Below are positions 13,286-26,479 of a DNA stretch of 64,000 nt, piece after piece. This DNA comes from Hemiscyllium ocellatum (taxonomy: Eukaryota). The position numbers and the translations under genes are program-made. The DNA lies in assembly GCF_020745735.1 (NCBI RefSeq), contig NC_083409.1, forward strand, positions 9,413,534 to 9,477,533, in the 5' to 3' direction. Position 1 is the first letter of the stretch, and each line of letters starts with the position of its first letter. The notes under the pieces were generated by a model. It made no database searches. It was given only the letters and a program-made list of their open reading frames with translations, and had not been told where the DNA came from.

Positions 13286-13298
13286 CTCTCTCTCTCTC
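13239..13298. repeat. (TC)n(TATC)n(TC)n compound microsatellite
   Basis: Direct observation. Confidence 0.95.
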
Positions 13299-13672
13299 CT
13301 GTCCTCCATCTCTTGCTCTCTAAGCCTCATCCCTACCTCCATTTCAGCTGCTGGGAGTTCGATCTGAGTCAATTCCAGTGAATCCCATGAAAAATGATGA
13401 TGGGATATTTGGAGTGTGAGTTTGATGATGTAAATGTGAACCATTGCAGCTAAGACATTACAGATGGTTTGTACAGGCAGCAAAGCCCAAACCAGAGCAT
13501 TGTGTCAATCAACACAGAACTAATGAAAGCTTCAATAAAAATAATTATTAATGTGATTCTCAGAGATGTATCGTTATTCTAGTTACAAATGGCTATTTCT
13601 CAGTGAAGGTCCATCCTGATGAATATTAGATACAGCTGGGCTTTGAAGAAATATTGGGCAGATGGAGTGTAA

Positions 13673-13985
13673 TTAGATTAGATTAGATTAGACTTACAGT
13701 GTGGAAACAGGCCCTTCGGCCCAACAAGTCCACACTGACCCGCCGAAGCGAAACCCACCCATACCCCTACATTTACCCCTTACCTAACACTACGGGCAAT
13801 TTAGCATGGCCAATTCACCTGACCTGCACATCTTTGGACTGTGGGAGGAAACCGGAGCACCCGGAGGAAACCCACGCAGACACGGGGAGAACGTGCAAAC
13901 TCCACACAGTCAGTCACCTGAGTCGGGAATTGAACCCGGGTCTCAGGTGCTGTGAGGCAGCAGTGCTAACCACTGTGCCACCGTG
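13673..13985 (-). mobile_element. tRNA-derived V-SINE (HE1-like), full length, well preserved
   Basis: Minus strand: A box TGGCACAGTGG, B box GGTTCAATTCC, central CCGGTTTCCTCCCACAGTCCAAAGATGTGCAGG domain, (TCTAA)n tail. Confidence 0.88.
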
Positions 13986-15099
13986 GTGTGTGACCTTGTT
14001 CACTTTCACAATAATCATTCAAATATGACTGGAGAGTTGTTAAGTCCACATAGCAAAACTTGCCATTGGGTATAATCCATTAGGCGTGATAAATACAGAA
14101 ACTCGCTTAGTTCTAGTTATCAGTGAGTTCTTGTCAACATCCTTTTAACAAATCAATTTTATACAAGAACGATATACTACAAACCCTCTATATGCAACCT
14201 TCTCAGCTGGGAATAGGGAATGAATCTGGTTTTGTGACGAGACTCACATTCCTCGAGTCTACACAGAATCAAATTGAACAGTTTGGTTCAGGAGCCAATA
14301 CTACAGGAGAACTCCAATTACTCTGATATGGTTCAATCAGCTGATTCTCCAACATGGAAGCCCTCTGTTCCATTGCCGGTTTCGGTTGGTTTTGTTTTAT
14401 TTTGTCTGAATTACCACATTCAAGTTATAATTGATTCATGTGATAGATCTAAGTGTATCAATACAAGTCCACAAGATAAAGGAGCAGAATTGGGCCATTT
14501 GGCCCATCATGTCTGGTCATTTACAGTTGATAATGTTTCTCAGCCCCAATCTCTTCCCTTTTCCCTGTAAATCTTGATCCCTTGATCAATCAAGAGCCAA
14601 TCTATCTCTTTCTTAAATACACTCAATGAATTGGCCTCCAAGGCCCTCTGCAGTTCCACAGATTAATGACACTCTGGCTGAAGAAATTCCTTCTCAACTC
14701 AGTTCGAAATCATCTCTTCTTCACTCTGAGGCTGTGCCCTCAGGTCTCCAACTCTCCTATTATTAGAAACATCTCCTCCATGTCCACTCTATCCAGGCCA
14801 CCCTGTATTCTGTAAGTTTCAATGACATTCCCTCTCATCTTTCTAAACTCCATCAAGTCCATCAAAGTCCTCAACGACTCCTCATACAAACATCTTTATA
14901 TTGTCTGAGCAGCCTCACTAAATCTACCTGTTGATCTTTCTCCAGATTCAAAAATGCAGTGTCTGAAGTCTCAAATATCTCTGAATTTGTTCATCTCATA
15001 ACAGGTAGTTTACTTTGGGAAGTGCCCAGGTCTTTTTTGATCTCAAGTTTTTTCTGATCCCCTCCTCTATTATACTCACTACTTGACAAACCTGTACAT

Positions 15100-16990
15100 G
15101 ACGGGATGGTTCCTCAAAAACTGGGAGAGGAATTAAGGATGCTGGTTTTGTATTGAGGTTTACCTATAACTTGACAAGTAAGACACGTTTCATAAAACTG
15201 CACCACATCTTTATTCAATTGTGGCTCAGTAAAATACCTGTTTCTGGATGCCTGTGTTTTCCAAATCCCCATGTGACCTGCCATGGGAGTCGCATGTGCC
15301 CCTTGTACTATCTCCCTATGATAGCTGGGTGGGACCACTAGGCAATGTCTAACTGACCATTCTTCTGGGGCTCTATGAGGGGGTCTCCACTTCCTCATCA
15401 GCGCTCCATTCTGAACACAATAACACTCTGAAACTCCTTCAGCCTCGACCTCAGTATGAGCTGACTGGGCTTTTATTTCATTCAGGATCTACTTTTTGGA
15501 TCTGCTGCAATTAGTGACATCATACCAAACACTCCACCTGGATTATCTTCACCCTTTCGGAAAGTTTCAGCGATCCTTTCACTTGCTGTGGTGTCACATC
15601 AACCCTTATTGATGGATTTTGTTTAACCATTGCCCTGGTTACCTCACACGAAGGAGAGAGACCAGGAACCTGTTCCTGTCATTGTTCTGTTTCTTGGCCC
15701 TCCTTTGGACATTCTGTAATTATCGGGGAAGCTACTGCCTTTAGTCCTGACAAACCATTCCCCAGAAGGAAATCGACTCCCTCAACAGGGAATGTTTTCC
15801 CATTCCGACAATTGCTTCTCCTGATAACAAATCACATTCCAGTTGTACTGTATACAATGGAAGTGGAATAGATTCTCCATCAATCCCATTGATTAATAAC
15901 TTAGCTCCCATCGAACTCTCTGGAGGGAAAATCAATTCTTTCTCCAGTAAAAGTGACTGTGTTGCTCCTGTATCTCTCAGTTTGGTTCTGGGTTTAGCTG
16001 AAGAAAAAGGAGTCACCATTCCTTTTGATAAAAGTCCTGTCCACCTCTCACCTACCTGACAACCTCCTTTACTAATGACAGAATTCACCTCCGGCCTTTT
16101 TGTTATAGTTACAGCTACAACCTGCTCTGTGGGATTATCTGTCTGTGTTCCCTTCTCTGACTCATTTTTACTAACTCCCATAAATCGCCTGGGTTTACCG
16201 CAACTTCCAACATTCCAAACACACTTGGCTCACCTTATTCCAAGAGAAACATTTCAGCTTCTGATCATCACTTCCACCCTCAGCAATTTCCTTTTTAATC
16301 TGAAGGAGTTCTCGGGCTGTTCCCTCCTGTCCATTCTCTTCCCCTGGCTAACTACCTTCCTTTGACTCTCCCAATTTTTATTTTTCTCCCATTTCTGGCC
16401 TGATGGGAAAAAGGTTTCTGGATCGGTCTCCCATCAGGTGACTTCTCCACCTCCTGATGCTGCTTGGCTTGTTGTGCTCTTCCCGCCTCCTGTTTGTCTA
16501 CTTTGGATTCCAGCATCTGCAGGGTTTTGGCTTTAACAAAGTCTATGATCATTAGCCATTCTAGCTGCTTGTCTTACTGTCGTTCCCCTTTGGTCATCTA
16601 CATGAATTCTGATTCTAGAAGGGAAGGAAGTTTTAAATTCTTCTCAAAGGATAACTTCTCTGAGAGCATTTAAAGTATTCTCAGCTGTTAATGTTCTTAT
16701 CCACCTGTCAACATTATTTTGTTGAACTCTCTTAAACTCAGTAGAGGTTTGTCCAGGCTGTTTGTGTAAGTTCTGAAACATCTGTCTGTATGTTTCTGGG
16801 CCAACTCATATGTGCTTAGAATAGCCGTTTTCACCTCCTCGTGATCCCGAGAACATTCCTCTGACAGCGATGTAGAAACCTCTTGTGCTTCCCAAGTTCA
16901 TTTTTGCATGGACAAGGTCCAACCTGTTTTTTTCCCATCTCGCTTGCGTTTCTATCTTCACTAACGACATGAAAAATGCTTCCACATCCA
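15100..16990 (-). mobile_element. Degenerate Gypsy LTR retrotransposon, Gmr1-like (gag/SCAN-like, protease, integrase)
   Basis: Gag-like VEAFFMSLVK... and PETYRQMFQNL (about 16990-16650), degenerate zinc knuckle (about 16290-16200), protease LRDTGATQSLL (about 15960), integrase HHCC AHATPMAGHMG...CLTCQVIGKP (15398-15150). Confidence 0.85.
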
Positions 16991-16999
16991 TCTCTTCAT

Positions 17000-18410
17000 T
17001 GACATAGAGTCATACAGCAAATAAATAGGCCCTTCTGTTTGTCGACATGTCGATGCCAATCAGTAATCACCAAGCTCCATTTACCTGCATTTGGTACATA
17101 GCCTTCCATGCCCTGGCATTTTATGTGCTCATCTGGATGTTTCTTAAATGTTGTGAGAGGACCTGCCTTTACCACCTTCTCAAATAGCACATTCCATATT
17201 TCTACACACCCTCTGGGGAAAAAAAGTCCTCAAAACCCATCTAAACCACTTTTTCACAGGGTAAGCTTATTCCCTCTGGTCATAGACATGTCTGACATAG
17301 GGAAAAGATTCTCACAATTGAGTTTGTCTATGCCTTTCATATTTTTGTATACCTCAACCAGATTCCCCCAGAGAAAACAAACCCAGTCTATCCAATCTCT
17401 CCTCAGAACTAACATTTTCCATCCCAGGGAACATTCTGGTTAATCTCCTCTGCATCCTCTCCAGTTCAGTCACGTTCTTCCAACAGTGTCACGACCAGAA
17501 ATGTGCACAGTATTCCAGACATGACCTAACCAGTGCTCTGTCAGGTAACAACAAGAATTTCTACTTCCTATATTCTACACCCTGGCTAATGTTGGCAATC
17601 ATCCCATATGCCTTCTTCACCACCCTGTCTAGCTGCGCTGATACCTTCTGGGATTGATGGACTTGTACACCAAGGTCCCTTCGTTCCTCAGTACTCCCAA
17701 GGAACATAAGAACATAAGAACTAGGAGCAGGAGTAGGCCATCTGGCCCTTCAACCCTGCTCTGCCATTCAATAAGGTCATGGCTGATCTTTTCATGGACT
17801 CAGCTCCACATAAGACCATAAGACAAAGGAGTGGAAGTAAGGCCATTTGGTCCATCGAGTCCACTCCGCCATTCAATCATGGGTGATGGGCATTTAACGA
17901 CAGTTACCCACACTCCCCCTGTAGCCCTTAATTCTGTCCAAGATTAAGAATTTATCAATCTCTGCCTTGAAGACATTTAATATTTCAGCCACCACTGCGC
18001 TCTGTGGCAATGAATTCCAAAGGCCCATCACTCTCTAGCTGAAGAAATGTCTCCTCAGTTCTGTTTTAAACTGACCCATTCTAACTCTAAGGCTGTGCCC
18101 ACGGGTCCTAGTACCCCCACCTAATGGAAATAATTTCCCAGCATCCACCTTTCAAAGCCATGCATTATCTTGTAAGTTTCTATTAGCTCTCCCCTTCTAA
18201 AGTCGAATGAATACAATCCCAGGATCCTCAGCCATTCATCATATAGCTTACCATTCCAGGGATCATTCATGTGAATCTCCACTGGACACAGTCCAGTGTC
18301 AATATGTCATTCCTGAGGTGTGGAGCCCAAAACTGGACTAAATGGGGCCTAACCAGAGCTTATTAAAGTCTCAGTAGCACATCTCATTTTACATTCCAAC
18401 CCTCTTGAGA
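17000..18410 (-). mobile_element. Nested CR1 3' ends
   Basis: Three tail-bearing ends (near 17000, CATAAGAA at 17705, CATAAGA at 17810). Confidence 0.75.
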
Positions 18411-18479
18411 TAAACTAGGAGAAAGTGAGGACTGCAGATGCTGGAGATCAGAGCTGAAAAATGTGTTGCTGGAAAAGGT

Positions 18480-21400
18480 TGAGATTCTGAAGGGAGATTG
18501 CAGAGTTAGGCAGGAATTTAAAAAGGAGGTCCTCAAAAGTAGGAATATCTGAATTATTCCTGGTGCTATGAGCTAGTGAGAGCAGGAATAGGAGGATAAA
18601 GCAGATTAATGCATGGCTGAGGAGCTGGTGTATGGGAGAAGGATTCACATTTCTGGATCTTTGGAAGCTGTTTTGAGGTAGAAGTGACCTGTACAAGAAG
18701 GACAGATTGCACCTAAATTGGAAGGGAACTAATATACTGGCAGGGAGATTTGCTGGAGCTGCTCAGGAGAATTTACACTAGTAAGGTGGGCGGGTGGGAC
18801 CCAGGGAGATAGTGAGGAAAGATTTCAACCTGAGATTAGTACAGTTGAGAACAAAGGCAAGTCAAACAGTCAGGGCAGGCGGGGACAAAGCAGAGAACAA
18901 GGTAAGACTGATAAATTAAACTGCATTTATTTCAGTGCAAGAGGCCTAACAGGGAAGGAAGATGAACATAGGGCGTGGTTAGGAACATGGGACTGGGATA
19001 TCATAGCAATTACAGAAACATGGCTCAGGGATGGGCAGGACTGGCCGTTTAATGTTCTAGGATACAAATGCTACAGGAAGGACAGAAAGGGAGGCACAAG
19101 AGGAGGGAGAGTGGCATTTTTGATAAGGGATAGCATTACAGCTGTACTTAGGGAGGATATTCCCAGAAATACACCCAGGGAAGTTATTTGAATGGAACTG
19201 AGAAAGAAGAAGGGGATGATCACCTTGTTGGGATTATATTATAGCCCCCCTCCAGTAGTAAGCGGGAAATTGAGAAACAAATTTGTTAGGCGATTTTAGT
19301 TATCAGTAAGATTAATGGGGTGGTTATGGTAGGGGATTTTAAATTTCCAAACATAGAATGGGACTGCCATAGTGTTAAGGGTTTAGATGGAAAGGAATTT
19401 GTTAAGTGTGTACAAGACAATTTTCTGATTCAGTATGTGGATGTACCTACTAGAGAAGGTGCAAGGCTCGACCTACTCTTGGAAATAAGGCAGGGCAGGT
19501 GACTGAGGTGTCAGTGGAGGAGCACTTTTGGTCAGCGACCATAATTCTATTCACTTTAAAATAGTGATGGTAAAGGATAGACCAGATCCAGAAGTTGAAG
19601 TTCTAAATTGGAGGAAGGCTAATTTTGCCAGTATTAGGCAAGAACTCTGAAAAGCTGATTGGGGGCAGTTGTTCACAGGTAAAGGGACAGCTGGAAAATG
19701 GGAAGCCTTCAGAAATTAGATAACTTGAGCCCAGAGATAGTATATTCTAGTTACGGTGAAAGGAAAGGCTGGTAGGTGTAGGGAATATTGGATGATGAGA
19801 GAAGTTGAGGGTTTGGTTGAGAAAAAGGATGAAGCATATGCCAGATATAAACAGGATAGATTGAGTGAATCCTTAGATGGATACAAAGGCAGTAGGAGTA
19901 TACTTAAGATGGAAATCAGGAGGTCAACGACATGAGATAGCTTTGGCAAACAGGGTTAAGGAGAATCCAGAGGGGTTTTATGAATACATTAAGGACAAGA
20001 GGGTAACTAAGGAGAGAATAGGTGCCCTCAAAGATCAGCAAGGCGACCTTTGTGTGGAACCGCAGGAGATGGGGCAGATACCAAATGAGTATTTTGCTTC
20101 ACTTTAACTGTGGAGAAGGATATTGAAGATATAGAATGTAGGGAAATAGATGGTGATATCTTGAAAAATGTTCATATTACGGATGAGGAGGTGCCAGATG
20201 TCTTTGAAATGCATAAAAGTGGATAAATCCCTAGGACCTAATTAGGTGAACACTAGAACTCTGTGGGAAGCAAGGGAAGTGATTGCTGGGCCTCTTACTG
20301 TGGTATTTGTATCCTCAATAGTCACAGATGATGTGCCAGAAGACTGGAGGTTCACTAATTGGTGCCACTATTTAAGAAAGGTGGTAAGGACAAGCCAGGG
20401 AACTGTAGACCAGTCAGCCAGACGTCGATTGTGAGGAAGTTATTGGAAGGAATCCTGACGGACAGATTGTCCATATATTTGGAAAGGCAAAGACAGATTA
20501 GGGATAGTCAGCATGGTTTTGTGCATGGGAAATCATGTCTCACAAACTTGATTGAGTTTTTTGAAGAAGTAACAGAAAGAATTGATGAGGGCAGAGCGTT
20601 AGACTGGATCTGTATGGACTTCAGTAAAACATTCGACAAGGTTCCCCATGGAAGATTGGTTAGCAAGGTTAGATCTCATGGAATACAGTTAGAACTAGCC
20701 ATTTGGATACAGAACTGGCTCAAAGGTAGAAGACAGAGGGTGGTGGTGGAGGGTTGTTTTTCAGACTGGAGGTCTGTGACCAGTGGAGTGTCATAAGGAT
20801 TGGTGCTGGGGCAACTACTTTTTGTCATTTACATAAATGATTTGGATGTGAACATAGGAGGTAGAGTTAGTAAGTTTGCAAATGACACCAAAATTGGAGG
20901 TGTAGTGGACAGCGAAGAAGGTTACCTCAGATTACACCAGGATCTTGAACCGATCGGCCAATGGGCTGAGGAATGGCAGGTGGAGTTTAATTCAGATAAA
21001 TGCAAGGTGCTGCAGTTAGCAAAGCAAATCTTAGCAGGACTTATACACTTATTGGTCAGGTTCTCGGGAGTGTTGCTGAACAAAGACACCTTGGAGTGCA
21101 TGTTCATAGTTCCTTGAATGTAGAGTCATAGGTAGGTAGGATAATGAAGAAGACATTTGTATGCTTTCCTTTATTGGTTAGAGAATTGAGTATGGGTGTT
21201 GGGAGGTCTCCTAAACCACTTTTGGAGTATTGTGTTCAATTCTGGTCTCCTTCCTATCGGAAAGATGTTGTGAAACTGGAAAAGGTTCAGAAAAGATTTA
21301 CAAGGATGTTACCAGGATGGGAGGATTGAAGCTATACAGAGAGGTTAAATAGGCTAGGGATGTTTTCCCTTGAGTGAGGGGTGACCTTACAGAGGTTTAC

Positions 21401-21765
21401 AAAATCTTGAGGGACGTGGATAGGGCAAAGAGACCAAGTCTTTTCCCTGGGGTGGTGGAGTCCAGTAAGAGAGGGCATGGGTTTAGGGTAAGAGAGGAAA
21501 GATATAAAAGAGAATTGAGGAGCAACCTTTTCACGCACAGGGTGGTGTGAGTGTAGAATGGGGCTGCCAGAGGAAGTGGTAGATGCTGGTAAAATTGCAA
21601 CATTTAAAAGGCATCTGGATGGGTATATGAATAGGAAGGGTTTGGAGGGATCTGGGCCAGGTGTTGGCAGGTGGGACTAGATTGGGTTGGGATGTCTGGT
21701 CGGCATGGACAAGTTGGACCGAAGGGTCTGTTTCCATGCTGTGCATCTCTATGACTCTATGACTC
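18480..21765 (+). mobile_element. CR1 LINE (ORF1 end, endonuclease, RT, 3' tail)
   Basis: ITETWL, VGDFKFP, QHGFVHGKSCLTNLIEFFEEVT, DFSKTFDKVPH, SKFANDTK, EYCVQFWSP; CTATGACT tail near 21750. Confidence 0.92.
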
Positions 21766-22014
21766 TAGGAGGAGGCTGTTCAGCTCCTTGTGTCAGTACT
21801 AGCTGTTTACTAACCTCACTCACAATGAACATCTCCATTGAATTCTGGATTAGTGGTGCTGGAAGAGCACAGCCATTCAGCCAGCATCCGATGAGCAGGC
21901 AGACGAATGACCTGAGTTGCAATGGGAAAGGGACTCCCTGAGATTCGTGTAGAGAGAAGCTCTTCAACCATGTCGTGAAACAAACTCGCTCCCACAGCCA
22001 CATTTGCTTGTACT

Positions 22015-22210
22015 CTATGCTACTTTCTCCCCACTCCCACCCTCCTCTAGCTTATCTCTCCACGCTTCAGGCTCACTGCCTTTATTCCTGATGAAGGGCT
22101 TTAGCCCGAAACGTCGATTTCCCTGCTCCTCGGATGCCGCCTGAACTGCTGTGCTCTTCCAGCACCACTCACCCAGAATCTGGTTTCCAACATCTGCAGT
22201 CATTGTTTTT
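22015..22210 (+). mobile_element. Penelope-like 3' terminal fragment with hammerhead-like core
   Basis: CTGATGA AGGGC TTTA GCCC GAAAC GTC at 22088-22115, followed by the family's GGATGCNGCCTGA...CCAGCA...CTGCAG end. Confidence 0.8.
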
Positions 22211-22999
22211 ATCTCCATTGAATGTCTATTGTGGGGAAGTAATTGAATCTGGTTTAGAGACAGAATGTCTGACAAATGTGAACAGACCAGACTAAGTCAG
22301 CATGGATTTAAAAGGGTCAGACATCTTTAACTGGTTACATGTTTTAACGAGGTCACTAATGTGTGAGATAAGGGAATGTGTTGTTTATATGTACGTCCAG
22401 TTGACATTCAAGGAAGTTCCACACAAGTGTTATAATGTTATAGTTGGAACAAAGAGATGACAGATAAACATATTCTGGATCTTTCTGCACAAATGAATTC
22501 TCAAATAAACCTCAGACATGTTGGTGAACTTGGAGTTTTATCAGAGGAAGGAGCTGAAGGAAATCAGTTATTGGAAGAAAATAGTTCTGGGAAAATTAGA
22601 GTGTCTTATATCAGCAGGGCCAAATAATCTATTTTCAGGAGTGCTTCAGGAAGTGGTTACAAAATATGAGAAACATTGATGGTTATCTGTTTGTTGACTG
22701 TAGAATAAGTCCTACAAAATGGAGGGAGTTAATTTAACACGTCTATTGAAAAAGAGAGAGAGAGGGGGAAAATAAGAAATTTTAGACCAATTAGCCAGAA
22801 GTCAGCAGTGGAGAAAATGCTCAAGTTCATTATAAAATATTTTATGGCTTAGCACTTTGAAAACAGTGGCAGAACTGGACAGAGTCGGCATGAATTGTCG
22901 AAAGGGAAACCATGCTTAAAAAATCGACTGGAATTGTTTGAGGATGTAGTGAGTAGATTTGATAAGGGGGGGGGGGGGGGCCGTGGATATGGTTTGTTT

Positions 23000-25900
23000 G
23001 GACTGTGTAAGGGGAGTAGATCGGTGGTTCTGTGGTCAAAAACAAGACTCACGAATAGCATGTTGCCTCCCAGTTGTACGGGTCAGGGATGTCTCAGATC
23101 GGCTGCAGCAAATTCTGAAGGGGGAGGTGAACAGCTAGCTGTGATGGTGCATGAAGGCACCGATGATATTGGTAATAAATGGAATGAGGTCCGACAAGAA
23201 GAATTTAGGGAGTGAGGAACCATATTAAAATGTAGGATCTCAGAGGTAGTAATCTCAGGATTGCTCCCAGTGCCATGTGCTAGTCAGGGTCGAAATGAAA
23301 ATATAGGCAGGATGAATGCGTGGCTTGAGAGATGGTGCAGGAGGGAGGGGTTCAGATTTTTGGGACATTGGGACTGGTTCCTGGGGAGGTGGGACAATTA
23401 CAAATCGAGCCGTCTACACCTGGGCAGGACTGGAACCAGTGTCCTGTGGGATGTGTTTGATCACACTCTTGGGGTGGGTTCAAAATAGTGTAGAGGGATG
23501 GGAACCAAATGAGGAAGTTAGTGGGAAATAAGGAGGGAGTAACTAAAGCCTGTCAGAACCTAGATATTGAAGTCAGCGTGACTTAGGTTAAGAGTAGGTA
23601 GGGAACAGATGTTGAACGCAAAGGGACAGATGGTCTGAGGTGCATTTGTTTTAATGTGAGAAGTATAGTAGGTAAGGCAGAGGAATTTAGGGCTTGGATT
23701 AGTATCTGGGAGTATGATGTTATTCCTATTACTGAGACTTGGTTGAGGGAAGGGCAAGATTGGCAACTAAATATCCCAGGATACAGATGTATCAGATGGG
23801 TTCGAGAGGGAGGTAAAAGGGATGGAGGAGTTGCATTACAGGTCAGAGAGGATATCACAGGTGTGCTGAAGGAGGGCACTATGGAGGACTCGAGCAGTGG
23901 GGCAATTTGGGCAGAGCTCAGAAACAGGAAGGGTGCAGTAACAATGTTGGTGCTATCCTACAAGCCTCCTAACAGTGAATGTGAGATAGAGGTACAAATA
24001 TGTAAACAGATAATGGAAAGATATAGGAGTAACAAGGTGGTGGCAATGGAGATTTTAATTAACCCAACATTGACTGGGATTCACTTAATGTTCGAGGTTA
24101 AGATGGAGCAGAATTTGTAAGGAGCATCCAGGAGGATTTTACAGAGTGATGTGGAAATAGTCTAACTCAGGAAGGGGCCATACCGGACCTGGTGTTGGGG
24201 AATGAGCCTGGCCAGGTGGTTGAAATTTCAGTAGGGGATTATTTTGGTAACAGTGACCACAATTCTGTAAGTTTTAGAATGCTCATGGACAAAGACCAGA
24301 GTGGTCTTAAACGAAGAGGGTGAAAGTGGAGGAATGCCAACAATAGCAAAATTTGGCAGGAGCTGGGGAATGTGGATTGGGAGCAGCTGTTTAAAGGGAA
24401 ATCCACATTTGATATGTGGGAGGCTTTTAAAGAAAGGTTGACTAGAGTCAGGACAGATATGTCCCTGTGAAAATAAGGGATTGAAATGGCAGAATTAGGG
24501 AACTCTGGATGACAGATGAAATTGAAACTAGCTAAGAGGAAAAAGGATGCATACATAAGGTCTAGGTGGCTGAAAACAGGCAAAGCTTTGGAAGAATATC
24601 GGGAAAGTAGGACCAATCTGAAGTGAGGAATTAGAAGGGCTAAAAGGGGTCACGAAATCATTAACAAACAGGATTAAGGAAAATCCCAAAGCCTTTTATT
24701 CATACATAAGGAGTTAATGGATGACTAGAGAAAGGGTTGGCCCACTCAAGGACAAAGGAGGAATGTTATGTGTGGAGTCGGAGAAAATTGATGAGATTCT
24801 TAATGAGTGCTTTACGTCGGTATTCACCAAGGAGAGGGAAATGACAGTTGTTGAAGTTGGGGATAGATGTTTGATTACTCAGAGTCAAGTCAGTTTAAGG
24901 AGGGAGGAAGTGTTGGGTATTTTAAAAGGCATCAAGGTGGACAAGTCCCCAGGTTGGGATGGGATAGACCCTAGCTTACTGAGGGAAACGAGAGGGGAAA
25001 TAGTTGGGTCCTTAACAGATATCTTCGTAGCAACCTTGAACATGGATGAGGTCCCAGAGGACTGGAGAATTGCTCATGGTTAAGAAGGGTAGCCAGTATA
25101 ATCCAGGTAACTATCAACCAGTGAGCCTGATGTAGTGGTAGGGAAGCTGCTGAAGAAGATACTGAGGGGTAAGATCTATTTACATTTGGAAGAAAATTGA
25201 CTTATCAGTTATGGGCAGCATGAAGTTGTGCAGGGAATGTCATGTCTTACCAACTTTATAGAAGTTTTTGAAGAAGTGATGAATTGATTGATGAGGGAAG
25301 GGCTGTGGATGTCATACACATGAATTTGAGGAATGCGTTTGATAAAGTTCCCCATGGCAGCCTGATAAAGAAATTAAAGTCGCATGGGGTCCAGAGTGTA
25401 CTCACTAGATGGATAGAGAACAGGCTGGGCAACAGGAGACAGAGAGTAGTAGTGGAAGGAGTTTCTCAAAATGGAGAACAGGAATCCGTGCTGGTACCGC
25501 TCTTGTTTTGGAAAGACATAAATGATCTGGAGGAAGGTATAGGTGATCTGATTAACAAGTTTGCAGATGACATTAATATTGGTGGAGTAGCAGATAGTGA
25601 AGGGGACTGTCAGAGAATGTAGCAGAATATAGACAGATTGGAGAGTTGGGCAGAGAAACGACGGATGGAGTTCAATCCGAGCAAATGTGATCTGATGAAT
25701 TTAGGAAGATCCAAATCTGGAGTAAACTGTACGGTGAATGGAACACCCTGGGAAAATTGATGGCAAGAGAGACCTGGGTGTTCAGGCCCATTGTACTCTG
25801 GAGGTGGCAACACAGGTTGATAGAGTGGTCAAGAAGACATATGGCATACTTTCCTTCATTAACGTGGTATTCAGTACAAGAGTTGGCAAGTCCTGTTAGA

Positions 25901-26478
25901 ATTATATCAGATTTTGGCTTGGCCACATTTGGAATACTGCCCACAGTTCTGGTTGCCACATTTACAGAAGGATGTAGATGCTTTGTAGAGTGTGCAGAGG
26001 AGGTTCACCAGGATTGCCTGGGATGGAGGGTGCTAGCTATGAAGAGAGGTTGAGTAGTATAGGATTATTTTCATTAGAAAGTCAAACATTGAGGGGGGAC
26101 CTGATTGATGTCTACAAAATCATGAGAGGTGTAGAAAGGGTGAATAGCAAGAAACATTTTCCCAGAGTGGGGGACTCAATTACTCTGGGTCATGAGTTCA
26201 AAGTGAGAGTGGAAACATTTAAGGGAGATATGTATGGAAAGTTCTTCACACAGAGAGTGATTGGTCCTGGAACACGTTGCCAGTGGAGGTGGTAGAGGCA
26301 GGCACAATAGCATCATTTAAGATATATCTAGATAGATACATGGATGGGCACAGAGCAAAGGGAGACAGACCATTGGAAAATTGATGACAGGTTTGGATGG
26401 AGGATATGGACCAGTGCAGGCTAGTAGGGCCGAAGGGCCAGTTCTTGTGCTGTAATTTTCATTGTTCTTTGTTCTTTG
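23000..26478 (+). mobile_element. CR1 LINE (ORF1 esterase, endonuclease, RT, 3' tail)
   Basis: VMVHEGTDDIG, ITETWLREG, AFDKVPHGSL, NKFADD; TTCTTTG tail. Confidence 0.9.
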
Positions 26479-26479
26479 A

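Noticed and set aside
13930-13985. tRNA-like A and B boxes
   Set aside because: They are SINE heads followed by the SINE body and tail, not tRNA genes.
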